DNA of 64,000 nt, taken from the NCBI RefSeq assembly GCF_963921235.1, contig NC_086108.1:45572001-45636000 (forward strand), read 5' to 3'. The DNA comes from Mobula hypostoma (lineage: Eukaryota). Numbering within the stretch: position 1 is the stretch's first letter; each line of letters starts with the position of its first letter. The notes beneath the pieces were generated by a model. That model was not told where the DNA came from and did not search any database. It saw only the letters and a program-made list of their open reading frames with translations. Shown here one piece after another: positions 26,601-40,251 of this stretch. Made by a program: the position numbers and the translations under genes.

Positions 26601-27770
26601 TGATGAAGGCAAGGCAGTGGATGGAGTCCACATGGACTTTAGCAAGGCCTTTGACAAGGTCCCACATAGGAGATTGGTCAGGAAGGTTCAAACACTTGAC
26701 ATTCAGGATGAGATAGTAAATTGGATTAGACATTGGCTTCACAGGAGAAGCTAGTGAGTGGCATTAAATGGTTGCATTTATGACTGGAGATCGTGACAAG
26801 TGGAGAGCCGATTGTTGTTTTTCATCTATATCAACGATCTGGATGAAAATGTAGTAAACTAGATCAGCAAATTTGCAGATGACACCAAGATCAAGGGTGT
26901 AGTGGACAGCAAGGAAGCCTGTCAAAGCTTGCTATGGGATTTGTACCAGCTTGAAAAATGGGCTAAAAAATGGCAAATGGAATTTAATGCAGAAAAGAGT
27001 GATGCGTTGCGCTTAGGGAGGATAAACCAGGGTAGGACTTACACGGTGAGTGGTAGGGCACTAATGAGTGTGGTAGAACAGAAAGATCCGGAAAGAGAGA
27101 TCCATAATTCCTCTAAAGTGGTATCATAGCTAGATAGGATTGTATAGAGAGCTTGCGGCATATTGGGATTCATAAGTCAAAGTAATGCGTACAGGAGTTG
27201 AGATGCTATGTTCAAGTTGAAAAAGATGCTCGGGAGGCCTAATTTGAAGTATTGTGTGCGGTTCTGGTCACCTACGTACAGGAAAGATATTAATAAGATT
27301 GAAAAAATACAGAGAAAATTTACATGATTGTTTCTAAGACTTAAGGACCTGGGTTATAGGGAAAGGTTGAATAGGTTAGGATTTTATTCTCTAGAATCTA
27401 GAAGATTGAGGGCAGAATTGATAGAGGTATACAAAATTAAGACGGGTATAGATAGGGTAAGTGCAAGCAGGCTTTTTCCACTGAGGTTGGGTGAGTCTGC
27501 AACTAGAGGTTATGGGTTAAGGATGAGAGGTGAAATGTTTAAGGGAAGTGTGAGGGGGAATTCCTTCACTTAGAGGATGTTGAGAGTGTGGAAAGAGCTG
27601 TCAGCATCAGTGGTAGATGCAGGTTCAATTTCCTAGTACCTGGATCGGAGTAACATGGACAGCTGTGGCCCAGGTGCAGGTGGATGGGACTAGGCAGGAT
27701 AATAGTACAGCATGGACTAAATGGGCCAAAGGGCCTGTTTTTGTGCTGTAGTGTTCTGTGATTCTGTGAC
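23650..27770 (+). mobile_element. Long CR1 LINE (ORF1 esterase and ORF2), decayed, interrupted by a Rex insertion
   Basis: ISGLLPMSRASEARNRKNIQFNTWLKRWCKREGFRF; CLTNLIDFFKEVT..MDFSKAFDKVPH; KFADDTK; 3' tail. Confidence 0.92.
23758..24566 (+). mobile_element. Rex1/Babar-like 3' fragment nested in CR1 ORF1
   Basis: VERVSNFTFLGVIISKNLSWAQH; AATAAA and (TTTGAAC)n tail; CR1 ORF1 sequence continues on both sides. Confidence 0.85.
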
Positions 27771-28957
27771 TCTAGGCCTAAGTCAGTTTGTTTTTGGTGG
27801 ACCACAGAAGTTTTGCTCTTGGATCTGTTGCTGGGAATTTAAGTAGAGCATGCAATACAAGGCGTTATGAACAACTGAAGAAATCTGTGTATTTTGAGCC
27901 TTATAATAGGCCTTATGTGTTATGTAGCTACAAAGGAAGTTTGGGTTCATGGCAGAGAAAGCATGGGATGCTTGAGGGAGAGGGTGCTAGTTGGGGAATG
28001 AGAAGATAGTGATTAGTGTTCTTTGACGTGCAAAAGAATCAGAATGATAGCTCACCGCCTCTCTGATAATTTTAACATTTAAAAGACGTTTAGGAAAAGT
28101 TTATAGAGATATGTTTCAATGCTGTATAACTGTGATTCTAATAATTTTCATAAAAGCATTAAGAAATGGAAAAGTGGCTGAGAAATTTTGAACTTTCTCC
28201 ATTACTTAGTAAAATAATAAATAATCTGATTTTGGCTTCAATTCCATTTTCATGTCTGGTCGCATAATCTTTCTCTCAGTTCTAAAATTCTGTCATTCTA
28301 ATTCTTGAGTACACTTAATCACTAAACTTTCATTGCTCTCCATGGTAGAGAAATACAGAAAAATCACAACAATTTGAGAGAAGAAATTCTTCTCACCACT
28401 GTCTTAAATGGCCAGCCCCTTATCCTGAACTAAGGCTTGTAGTTGTCTCACCAGAAGACATATCCTCTCGGTATGTTCATTATCAAACTTCCACGAGTTG
28501 TTACTTATTTAATTCAGATTACCTCTCATTCTCTTGAACATCTGAAAGTATGGGACCAACTTGTTTTTTTCTTTCCTCATAAAATAATCATTCAGACCTG
28601 GAAACAACATCGCTTTTCTGCATCTAAAGCATGTAGATATTTCCTTGAAGTATTATGATTTGGAGCAAGTGTCTTATACACCAAAATGCATTATAAAGAA
28701 GAAGATTGCTTGGACATTTAATTCTAGGAGATGGTCACACCCCTTAGATTAAGTACCGCAAAGGCCACTGTTCAGGGACAAGAGACTGTGGTTCTTTGTG
28801 ACAAATGGGGATCCAGTAGAAGGGAAGCTTCAACTTTTCAGCTTTTGGAGTTGCTCAGTAGAGCTGTTCTTGCAAGCTGTGAGAGTGAGAGGAAGAACTG
28901 TGCATTCATGCTGTCGGAGTAAAAAGGAACAGCAGGGGAAGGTAAACACGGATCGTA

Positions 28958-30042
28958 AACATGAGAAAGTCTGTAGATGCTGGAAATCCAAAGCAACACA
29001 CTCAAAATGCTGGAGGAACTCAACAGATAAGGCAGCATCTATGGAAACGGATGGGAAGTTGAAGTTTTGGGCCAAGACCCTTCTTCAGGACTGAGCAGGA
29101 AGGGGAAAGGTGTCAGAATAAAAAGGTGGGGTGAGGGGATGGAGGCTAGCTGGAAGGTGATCGGTGAAGCCAGGTGGGTGGGAAAGGTCAAGGGTTGGAG
29201 AAGAAGGAATCAGATGTCAGGGGAGAGTGGACCATGGGTGTAAGGGAAGGAGGAGGGGATCTTAGGGGAAGTAATAGGCAGGTGAGTAGGGGTAAAATTT
29301 CAGGGTGGGGAATAGAGGTGGGGGGGGGCAATTTGTTTACTGGAAGGAGAAACTGATTTTCATGCCATCAGATTGGAGGTTGCCCAAACAGAATACAAGG
29401 TGTTGCTCCTCCACCCTGAGGCTGTCCTCATCTTGGCACAAGGGAAGGCCTAGACAGACACATTGGAAGGGGAATGGGAATGGGAATGAAAATGTTTGGC
29501 CACCGGGAAGTACCCCTTGTGGCAGATGGTGTGGAGGGGCTTGACCAAGTGGTCCCCCAACTTACCACAGGTCTCACTAATGTAGGTGAGGCCGCATCGG
29601 GAGTACCCGACACAATAGATGATCCCAGCAGATTCGCAGGTGCAGTGTTGCCTCACCTGGGAGGACTGCCTGGGGCCCCGAATAGAGGAGAGGGAGGAGG
29701 TAAATGGACAGGGGCAGCACTTTGACTGCTTGCAGGGATAAATGCCAGGAGGGAAATTAGCAGGGAGGGATGATGGAGAAGGGAATCACGGAAAGAGCAC
29801 TTCCTGTGGAAAGCAGAGAGGAGCTGAGGTAAAGATATGTTTGGCGGTAGGATCCCTTTGGGGATGGCGGAGGTTGTGGAGTATAATGTGTTGGATGTGG
29901 AGGCTGATGGGGTGGTAGGGAAGGACACGAGGAACTCTATGACTGTTTAGGTGACGGGAAGATGTGGTGAGAGTGGATGTCTGGGAAATGAAGGCGATGT
30001 GGGTGAGAGGAGCATCAATAGTGAGGGAGGGAAGCCCCGTTC
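28958..30042 (-). mobile_element. Penelope-like element, 3' part (GIY-YIG)
   Basis: RQHCTCESAGIIYCVGYSRCGLTYISETCGKLGDHLVKPL..PVAKHF. Confidence 0.85.
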
Positions 30043-31729
30043 TTTCCTTGCAGCTGCAGACCTGAATCAGAATGCTGTGTTGTCTTCTCAGTGCCAGAGT
30101 TCAGCCTCTAGGGGAAAGATCCTTTCCATTACATCTGCCTGGATATTCTGGCGCTGGCTCACGTCAGGTTTTTAGCTCTCTCGTAAGCTATGGCAATACT
30201 GGAAGTGGTTTGCACTGGTGGCTTGATGCCAGGAGTGGCAGACATAGAGGTACCAAAGAGCCATTAATCATGGTCCAAATCCGTACCAATATTTTATCAA
30301 GGACTGATGGGGGTGTATGAGCTGCTTGGATGTAACGTATGCATAACTACAAAGAGAATATTCCTGTATTATGACTGTGCTTCATGCGAATTGGCAGAAG
30401 ATCAATAAAGTCAGACAGTTGAATAAGTGGTTTAAAATCTGGTGTAGGAGAAATTGGTTTTAATTAATTGGCTATTGGTACCGGTACTGCAGGAAGAGAA
30501 TGCTGTTCCCTTGAACTAGCTCATCAAATAATATGGGATATAGATCAGGCTTTAAACTAAATAATGGGGACTGCATTGAGGGGAGGTGAGATTTAGGAAA
30601 TTAAGAAGAAAGAAAGTGTGAGAATGATATAGCTTTGGATAACCAGAAGGTGGCAGGAAGGGAGATAATATACATACAATAAGTATACACTTAAGAATTT
30701 GGGAAAACTGATTAAAAATGCAATTAAGAACTTTTAACTGAAAGCATGTAATAAGTTAGCTCAACTGATGGCACGAGTAGAATGAAATGGGTATGATAGC
30801 ATTTGAGGTGCAGTTGGACAACTGCTCAAGTCTTGCAAAATGAACATCCTGAAGCACTTGGCATTTCAGAAAAATAAAACAGAAAGGAAAGAGATAGGGT
30901 AGCTCAGTTAATAATCACATCAGTAATGAAACTAATGAGAATAATGTCACTAAAAGGAGAAATTCTGCAGATGCTGGAAATCCAAGCAACACACACAAAA
31001 TACTGGAGGAACTCAACAGGCCTGGCAACATCTATGGAAAAAAGTAAACAGTCGATGTTTTGGGCTGAGGCCCTTCATCAGCGTTTTGTGTGTTGCTCGC
31101 AATAGTGTCGCTGAGGGTACTCTGGATGGTTTCTTCATACTGCACATTCTGGAATTACCCTGGGAATAGGTTATCTTTGAACTGGTCATGTGTAATGAGA
31201 CAAGATTAATTACTAATATTAGTACTTAAGTATCCCTAAGGACAGGACATGATAAAATTAAACAAAGGTATGAAAAGACTGTGAATTAAAGTAGACTGAA
31301 AAAATTACAGGGCTTGGTAATAGTTACATAGTTACAGAGATGTTAGGAGATACTGGTAATTATCATAAGACATCACTTGAGGAACTAAAAACTCCAGGAG
31401 AAGCATAATCCATCAATGGTTAACCATGGAAGCTAAGAATAACATCAAATTAATTGAAAGAAAATCTATGGAATGTTGCAAAGATTAGTTCTGGCTGAGA
31501 TGATTAAGAAAACAAAAGCAATTAATAAAACGAATGAAGCATCCAGTTAGAAATGTCTCTGTATTACATCGATTGTCCATCTTGTAATATCACCATCTGT
31601 ATTCCTCAATCTGCTGCTGTAGTTATTAGCAATGCTTTTTTTATCTTCAGGCACGATTGTGCCAGTGATCTTCTGCTCAGTCTTATCTTTTTTTGTGAAC
31701 TTGTCATTCAAAACCTGTCTCTTAATAGA

Positions 31730-32650
31730 GCATAGAACAGTACAACACATGATCAAGTGCTTTATCTCAACAATGTCTGTGGTGGGCATGCCAGACCAAA
31801 CTAATTTGCCTGGACATGATCTATATGCTTCTATTCCCAACAATACTCATGTGCCTACCTAAAAGCCTCTTGAATGCAACTATCGTATCTGCTTCCACTG
31901 CCACCCCGGCAGCACATACCACTCTGTGTAAAAAAAAACACTTGATTGCCCTGTACATTCCCCTTAAATTCCACCCCCCCACCCCACCTCAAGTACATAA
32001 CCTCAAATATTCAACATGTCTACTCTGGGAAAAAGATTCTGCCTGTGCAGCCTATTTATGCTTCATGTAGTTTTATAAACTTCTATAAGCGCTCCTCTCA
32101 TCCTCTGATACGCAAGAAGAAAAGACAGTCCACGTTTGTCCAACTCTCCTTTTAGCTAATACCCTCTAAAGCAGGTAGCATCCTGGCAAACCTCTACCAA
32201 ACCCTTTTTAAATCCTTCCTGTGATGGAGCAAACAGAACTGCATACAGTACACCAAGTGTGGAACTGTATAGAACTGTAACATAACTTCCTGACTCTTAC
32301 ATTCCATGCCTCTTGCAATGAAGGCAGTATGTCTTTTTACCACCCTATCTATTTGCATTGCCACTTTTAGGGAGCTATGGGCCTGGATCCCGATTCTTCT
32401 ATAAATCAATGCTGTTAAGGGCCCTGCCATTGGCTACAGACTTTCCCCTTACATTTTCCCTCACCTCCCACTTGCCTAAATGAAACTTCATCTACCATTT
32501 CTCCACCAATAACTGTAAATGATCTATATCCTTCTGTACCCTTTGACAGCCTTCTTCACTGTCCACAACTCCATCAATTTCTGTGCTGTCTGTGAACTTA
32601 TTAAACAATCCTTCCACATGTTCATCCAAGTCATTTATAGATACCATAAA
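31730..32650 (-). mobile_element. CR1 3' fragment
   Basis: IQAHSSLKVAMQIDRVVK..FIARGMECKSQEVMLQ. Confidence 0.8.
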
Positions 32651-35600
32651 CAAATTTCCCACTGTACCCATGTTTCTCTGACCAGCATTAATATCATTTT
32701 CATGAATAGCTCAATTTAAAAATTCTTTTCCATGTTTTCAAATCTCTCTAACGTGTAGTCCTTCTCTATCTTTTTAACATCCTCCCAGCCAATAGCCATC
32801 TAAAAACTTACATCTCTCAATGATTCCTCCCCTAGCTGGATGACAACTTTTGTCTGATAAAGCACAATGACCTATATTTGAGACATATTAATGAACATAG
32901 TATGTTATGTCATAGGCTGCCTGCTATTTCATGTTAGTATTAGTTATACACATCTCATGGGGCTAGTGACCGAGTAACATGAGACAGTGTGAGTGGAAGG
33001 GAAAATGGCAAGGGGTAAATTTGAACATGGTTGCAACATTAGACAAGAGAGGACAGAAATAATCGTGCTGTTTGTGTAATCATTGAAGACAGAGTCTAAT
33101 GCAACCAGAATACTGCATTGAGTCTTGGAATATTTAGGTGTTACAGACCTCAGGCTGGGTTGAGGACATTGCGATCAGAAGGTCTTGAAGTACCAGGCCT
33201 CAGACCTCAAAAACTGGGAATAAAGGTAAAACATTCGGTGGGGGATTCAGAATTGTAGAGACGAAAACCCAGAAGATAGATTAGTACCTGTTTCAGTGAA
33301 ATCCCATTCTGGTATGGGATTGTGAAAGCATTGTTAGTCGCTTCTAGAACAGCATGGACTAAAACACATGTTGCACAGAGAATGGCCTCGTTTGATGTAA
33401 TCCATTGAAAAATCTGCAATAAATAAGCAAAAAGATAAGAGAGCAAAACAGACTTCTGTAAAGATACTAAAACACTGAGATTCACTGGCAAAATCCATTA
33501 TGATTTAAAATTACTAAACTAAAATGAGATTATTGGTTTTTAAAATAATTATTGCAATCTGAAGAAACTGCAATACTGCATGCTTGTGTTTTACCCAAGA
33601 GTGCAACACATTTACGTAAATTTGTATTATACTTGTCCACTTTTATCAATGAGGGACTCTTCACAGTGAATTTTTTCCGAAACTCCATTTTTTAGTGGTA
33701 GATTAGATATGTTAGTAATTAAAATCACCCAAGGTAATTACTTCCTTTGGGGTAGTGATACTGGGCTCCATATTTTAATTTGCTCTGCAAAGTAGATGCC
33801 AAAGACATTTAACAAAAGTGAAAGAAGTCTTTTCAGTGTATGAATGTCAGATTCTGTTAATGTTATTGGATATTATTTTACCTGCAGACCTAAGTAGTTA
33901 AAGGCAACAAGCCAGAAATTCCACAATGGGAAAGGCTTAACTTGGTGCTAGGCATTACCTTCCATTTTACTTACAATGTAATGGAACATGGATCCTAGCA
34001 ATATTTTTTCCAATAAATAATGAGTTTTCTATGTAGATATATATATTTAAGACATATTTTTAAGAATCTTAAGCATTATTTTTATGCAAGAATTGGACAG
34101 TGGAATTCTATTGCACATGAAAGCAAAGCAGATACAGATATCTTTCACTAGAAACCTGGCATAATGCCTCTTCCTCCCATAACTGCATCAGACTGAAGCA
34201 ACATTAAGGCAACACAGGGTGGGCCATCTGATATTGCAGTACATTTGGAAGGTGGAACCATAAAGGATGGGCCATAACCGAATGCAGCAACGTTGGAGAA
34301 TGGAGCACCATCAGAAAATGGAGCCGTGTTGTGAAACCGAACAGCATTGGGCGAGGGGCCGTGGGGGAACGGAATAGTATGGATGGGTACTGGGATGGAA
34401 TAACATTGATCAATTGTATTACGTCAAAGTCTGGCATCATGGAATAGAGAATCAGAGAAGGTGACACTGGCTGTGAATCACATAAACAGGCTGGGAATAG
34501 AGAGATACAAAGCATGTTCAGGCAGATGGGATTAGTTTAACTCGGCATATCATTGGCAAAAAGCGTCTTTTCTGTGCTGTAGTGTTCTAAAACCTAAAGT
34601 TATACTGAACTGCAAGACAATGGTTGCCTCAGCAGCAAGCCGTATGATCTAATGCTGCTGAAGATCACATCAAAATTCATCTTGTGTCATTTGATCCGCA
34701 AGTAACCTCGGGCCATACTTGCACAAAGTGAATTTTAAATTTTAAACCCCATCAGGTTTTTGAACATCTTGAGTTCAGCAATGGTTTGTGGAGACATTTG
34801 AGTGTTGTGAGGTGAGATAATTTAAGTACATGAGAGATAAAGGAAATCTTTGAGTCGTTTGCAAAGTAATTAGTCCAAAAAATTGAATAGAGATATTTTG
34901 GGTAGGTTGCAAGGACACAATTCTACTGTGAATGAAGGTTGCTATAACAAATAATTCCTGCTGCATTAATAGATTGAAAGAATAGTAACGTACTTATTTT
35001 ACTAGTCGGACTACCAGGTAGGGTTTCGAATGCTCCCTTTTTCAGCAGATGTCCACCAAAGTTGGCTGGGACATGTAGCACATAGCTCCTTAGCTCTATG
35101 AAGCACAGAAAACATGTGACACTACTACATACGCTCAGAGTAGACTTCAAAGCTCATTTTTGTCGCTCAGTACTGTGACGGAGAACCATAATCAGATGGG
35201 TGTGCAGTTGAAAAGTAAGGCAAAGGTCATTTTAGACTTAGCATGGATCAGGCTTAAGGAATTCAAGGAGCTGTGAAACTCACCAGAGATGCAAGCGTGA
35301 AATGACATCTTGGAATGGTTCCTTCGAGGATGAGATGAAAACTTGGGAATGGAGGCTCGAGAAAGAGAGACAAAGGAATGGTTACTTGAAAAGAGTTCAG
35401 AGTCTGGACAATGGGAGCACAGAATATGCTTCAGAAACGGGTTCAAAGCAGAGGGAGTGGCATTGAAACTGAGAATCATATGGTGAGAGATGGAGGTTAA
35501 ACTGTAGGGGCTCAGGAATCCTAGTGAAAATAGGGAGTTAACATGGCGAAGTGTGGTTAGGGAAGAAATTGAATGAAGAATAGTTTTCAAAGATTGTGAC

Positions 35601-37594
35601 TGATGGAGGTTCAGTATAGGAAAGTTTGGAGAAAAAAGGTCTGGGAAGGTGAACTCTATGTGAAGGACATGATGAGGCACCGCCTGAACTTGAATCAACG
35701 GCAAAATATCACTTGATCAAACCTCCTGAGCGAATACAAACCAGAATTAGTAACCCTTGTAAGTAATTTGTATTGGAATGTGCATTAGTTTTGCTGCTGT
35801 CTTTCAATTCAAAGGGAAAAAGTATTTTCTTGCATCTTGGATTAAGTGGATAAACTGAAAATATTTTGATGGAATGTCGCAGCAGCAATTTTTGATTTCT
35901 TACTTAGTTGTTATATTCTCACATCAGAAGAGATTACTCCGGTAAGATTAATGCCTATATTTAATTGTTCTCGAGGAGATGGTAGAGAATAACCATGTCT
36001 AACCTTCTGATAATCTGTTGAGTTGAACATGCACACCAAAAAATATCCTCACTTTTGAGCAAAGATCATAGGGGAATCAGCTGAAAATGTTTGTCTCTAC
36101 GATAATGATCTGTGGAATGTCAGTGTCCGAGGACTTAAATATTTGTTCCCCAACAACCATAACAAGCTTCTCTTGTGTTGAATCCAGCACAAAGCACTGA
36201 CTTCAGTTTTACTGCGAGTCCCGAATGCCTTTAACATCACCACTGAAAGTCAACCCTTGCACTTGTTTGGATCTAACGTGGAGCTGAGGAATCTTGAAGG
36301 GACCCAGCCTGGAACAGTAAAGTCACTATTCACAATAACTTCTATCACTTAGCTAATGACTACCCAGACTGATGGGCAGTAATCGGCAGGTAGAATAAAT
36401 ACGACAGTTTAAGGTTAGTAATTCTCCACATTTTTTGTAGGGACCAGTGATGTTGCTCTACTGGAATACCTTATTTGGATGTGCAGTAAATTCTGAAAAG
36501 TGTCTTTGTTTACACTATATGGCATGTTGTTAACACCATACATTTTATTGTTTCCAATGCATTCAACCATTTCTTTGTCATTTAGGGTGATCCCCATTTA
36601 CCAATTTTGGCTTTATATTTATTGGGATTTGAGCAAAACTGTACAGATAAGTAAATTAGCATTTTTGGTTTTAGATCATTGAAAATGCTTTAGCCTTGGA
36701 TTTTAAATTCACAGGCTAACTGCACCATTAATGGATGCAGACTTCTTCACAAGTATTTGAGCACCCGACTTAAGTACAGCCTGTATTTATGAACAAGATT
36801 TTGGGAGACTACAAGATGAATTTGCTGGCTGCAGCAAGACTGCTGGCATCTTCTACATCAAGTGAACTCAGTTTGCAGCTGCATTTCTGACTTGCAAACT
36901 GTCTGGGCTACAAACAGTTCACAGAAGTGGAACTCTGGGCAGGACCTGTAATTGCCTGCCACCATTTTCAACTTGACATGAACTAGACTGAAGTTTGAAA
37001 TAATGTGTGCTCGCAGTAGGTTTACTGCATGGTTCTTAGTGCAGATTTGATGAGTATTTTCAGAAAGTTTATTACAAGTTTGCTTCTTGTTCTTGAGACC
37101 TTTAGATTTCCTGAAAATTTTCTGCCATGGAGCACACTGAGTTGTGTCAGAGTTACAAGCTCCAAGCCCTTGCTATCAATATCTGGGAATAATATTTACT
37201 ATATGCATTTGTAACAGGGGTTAGGAAACTTGGTGCACTTTGAATTTTTCTTAGAAACAATCTAGTTTTTAGATGTTTGTTATGTTATAAATTCTATTTG
37301 TCCATTCTATATAGTCAGTTGATTATTGCAATAGTTTCACATGAAAATAACTTGCAAATATGTTGTGTATTTCTTTAATTTGCAAACTGTCTTATTTATC
37401 CCAATTGTTGAGATTTTTGAATGTTAGTATCTTTCTATTTATAATTCTATACGATTGGCAGTTTTGTTCCTATTGTTATTTGTTCTTTGGTTTATTCCCT
37501 ACATACTAAAATTTAATTGCTTTTATTTTATGAATATAATACTTAAGCTCATTTGTGTGAAAATGTAGCAAACAGTTGTGAGGTGTCATTATTA

Positions 37595-38812
37595 TAGCAT
37601 AGAAAACAGGCCCTTTGGCCTAACATGCCCATGCCGACCTCATTGCCAAACTGAACTAGTCTCATTATCCTATGTTTGACCCATATCCCTCTACAACTTT
37701 CCTCTCCATGTTCCTGCCCAAATATCTTTTAAATATCATGATAGTACCCACCTCAACCACTTCCTTTAGTAGCTTGTCCTGTATATGTATCACTTGCTGT
37801 GTGAAAAATTTGCCCCTCGGGTCCCCTTTTAATTATTTCCGCTCCTGCTTTAAACCTCTGCTGTCTAACTATGGTCTCTCCTACCCTGGTGAAAGCACTC
37901 TGTCCCTCATGATTTTATAAACCTCTATAAGGTCATCCTTCAGTCTCTCCTTATAACTCAAACCCTCCAGTTCTGGAAACATTGATCTAAATCTATTTTG
38001 CACCTTTTCTACTTTGACACCCTTCCTAGAGCAGAGTAGCCTGAACTGTGTGTAATACAGTTGGTGATGTCTTACCACCATCTTGTACCTCCTTAAAATG
38101 ACCTCCCAACTCCTGTAACTGAACATCTTGACTCATGAAGGTAAGCATGCCAAACACCTTTTTTCACCACCTTGTTTACCTGTATTGGCAGTACCAAGGA
38201 ACTATGTACCTATACCCCCTGTACCCTAATATTTGTACCCATACCCCCTGTACCCTAATATTTGTACCTATACCCCCTGTACCCTAATATTTGTACCCAT
38301 ACCCCCTGTACCCTAATATTTGTACCTATACCCCCTGTACCCTAATATTTGTACCCATACCCCCTGTACCCTAATATTTGTACCTATACCCCCTGTACCC
38401 TAATATTTGGTGTGCAGGTCCGGCCCCGTTTCATCTCAGCAAAATGCAACACCTTACATATATCTGAATTAAACTCCACATGCCGCTCCTCAGTCCTCCA
38501 GCTAAGCTTCCCAAAATTTTAGACAACCTACACGCTATACCACAAATTTTAGTGTCATCCACAAACTTATTAACCATGCCGCCTGCATTCTCAACTAGAT
38601 TATTAACATAAATGACAAACAACTGTGGACCCAGCACCAATCCCGGTGGCACACTATTCGTCACAACCCTCCAGTCTGAAAAAACAACCTCCTACCACCC
38701 AATCTCTGTCTCATACTGTCAAACCAATTATGTATCCATTTGGCTAGCTCACCCTGGACCCCATGTAATCTAACCTTCCAGATCAGGCCTGCTATGCTAT
38801 ATCTTTTCAAAG
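37595..38812 (-). mobile_element. CR1 RT 3' half
   Basis: VPPGLVLGPQLFVIYVNNL..KFVDDTKI; EKVQNRFRSMFPELEGLSYKERL. Confidence 0.85.
38205..38407. repeat. Minisatellite, 7 x 29 bp, with alternating variants
   Basis: TGTACC[T/C]ATACCCCCTGTACCCTAATATT, period 29. Confidence 0.95.
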
Positions 38813-38814
38813 CC

Positions 38815-39845
38815 AAAGTCCAAAGCAACACACACAAAGTGCTGGACGATCTCAGCAGGTCAGGCGGCATCTAAGGAGATGAATAAACAATCGACTTTTC
38901 GGGCCAAGGCTCTTCTTCAGGACTGAAAAGGAAAGGGAAATAGGCCAGAATAAAAAGGTGGGGGGATGGGAAGGAGGCTAACTAGCAAAGTCATGGGTGA
39001 AGCCAAGTGGGTGGGAAGGTAAAGGGCTGGAGAAGAAGGAATCTGATCGGAGAGGAGAGTGGACCATCAGAGAAAGAGAAGGAGGAGGGGACCCAGGGGG
39101 AAGTGATAGGCAGCTGAGATGAAGTAAAACATCAGAGTGGAGAAAAGCAAAAGTGGGGAGAGGGACGGGGAGGGAAGGAGAAATCGCTGTTCATGCCATC
39201 AGGTTAGAGGCAACCCAGATGGAATACGAAGTGTTACTCCTCCACCCTGAGGGTAGTCTCACCTTGGCACAAGACGAGGCCATGGGCAGACATGTCGGAA
39301 CAGGAATGGGAATGGGAATGAAAATGTTTGGCCTCCGAGAAGTACCCCTTTTGGCGGATGACGCGGAATTGCTTGACGAAGTGGTCCCCCAATTTACGAA
39401 GGGTCTCACCAATGCAGAGGAGGCCTCATAGGGAGCACCGGACACATTGAGTGACCCCAGCAGGTTCACAGGTGAGGTGTTACCTCACCTGGAAGGGGTG
39501 TTTGTGGCTCTGAATGGAGGTGGGGGAGGAGGTGTATGGGCAGGTGTAGCACAATTGCAGGGTAAGTGCTGGGAGGGAGATTAGTGGGGGAGGGACGAAT
39601 GGACAAGGGAGTCGTGGAGGGAACAATCCCTAAAGAAAGCAGAGGGTGGGGGAGGTAAAGGGATGTTTAGTGGTAGGATCCCTTTGGAGATGGTGAATGT
39701 TGTGGAGGATGATGTGTTGGATGTGGAGACATGGGGTTGTAGATAAGAACAAGAGGAACTCTATCTCTTTAGATGGGGTGAAAGATGTTCGAGAAATGGA
39801 AGAGATGCAGGAGAGGGCAGCGAGAATGATGTGGAAGGGTGAGTT
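38815..39845 (-). mobile_element. Penelope-like element, 3' part
   Basis: Colinear with the 28958-30042 copy and carries the same terminal repeat. Confidence 0.85.
38888..38925 (-). ncRNA. Minimal hammerhead ribozyme motif, degenerate
   Basis: CAGTC-CTGAAGA-AGAGCCTTGGCCC-GAAA-AG-TC-GATTG. Confidence 0.55.
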
Positions 39846-39849
39846 AGGG

Positions 39850-40250
39850 GGTGGAGGTGTCAGACATCCTTACTGCATGGGGACTGTAACTGTTTTTGAG
39901 CCTGGTGGTTCTGGCTTGGATGCTACTTAGCTTCCTCCCTGATGGGAGTCGGACAAGCAGTCCTTCAGCAGGGTGGGTGGGACCCTTCTGTATGTATGTC
40001 CTTGATGGTGGGTAGGGTGATGCCAGTGATGTGTTGGTCAGCTTTGAATATTGCAGTTTCTGCACCAAGCAGTGGTACAGCTTCTAGGATACTGTGATTC
40101 TGTAGAATGATGAGAGTATAGATGTACATAGTCAAACTCTCTTCAGCTTCCTCAGAAAGTAAAGGCATTGGTGAGTTTTCCTGATCGTGTAGGATGTGTT
40201 CTGGGATCGTGAGAGGTTGAGCGACATGTGCACTCCCAGGAGTTTGAAAC
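39850..40250 (-). mobile_element. Rex1/Babar-like fragment
   Basis: SFKLLGVHMS..QCLYFLRKLKR; LPSGRKLSSIQARTTRLKNS. Confidence 0.8.
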
Positions 40251-40251
40251 T

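Noticed and set aside
34629..34661. TCAGCAGCA...TGCTGCTGA inverted repeat as a miRNA
   Set aside because: The 9-bp stem is too short and is expected by chance.
35192..35704. 170-aa minus-strand ORF
   Set aside because: No recognisable domain; compositionally biased, probably an old repeat.
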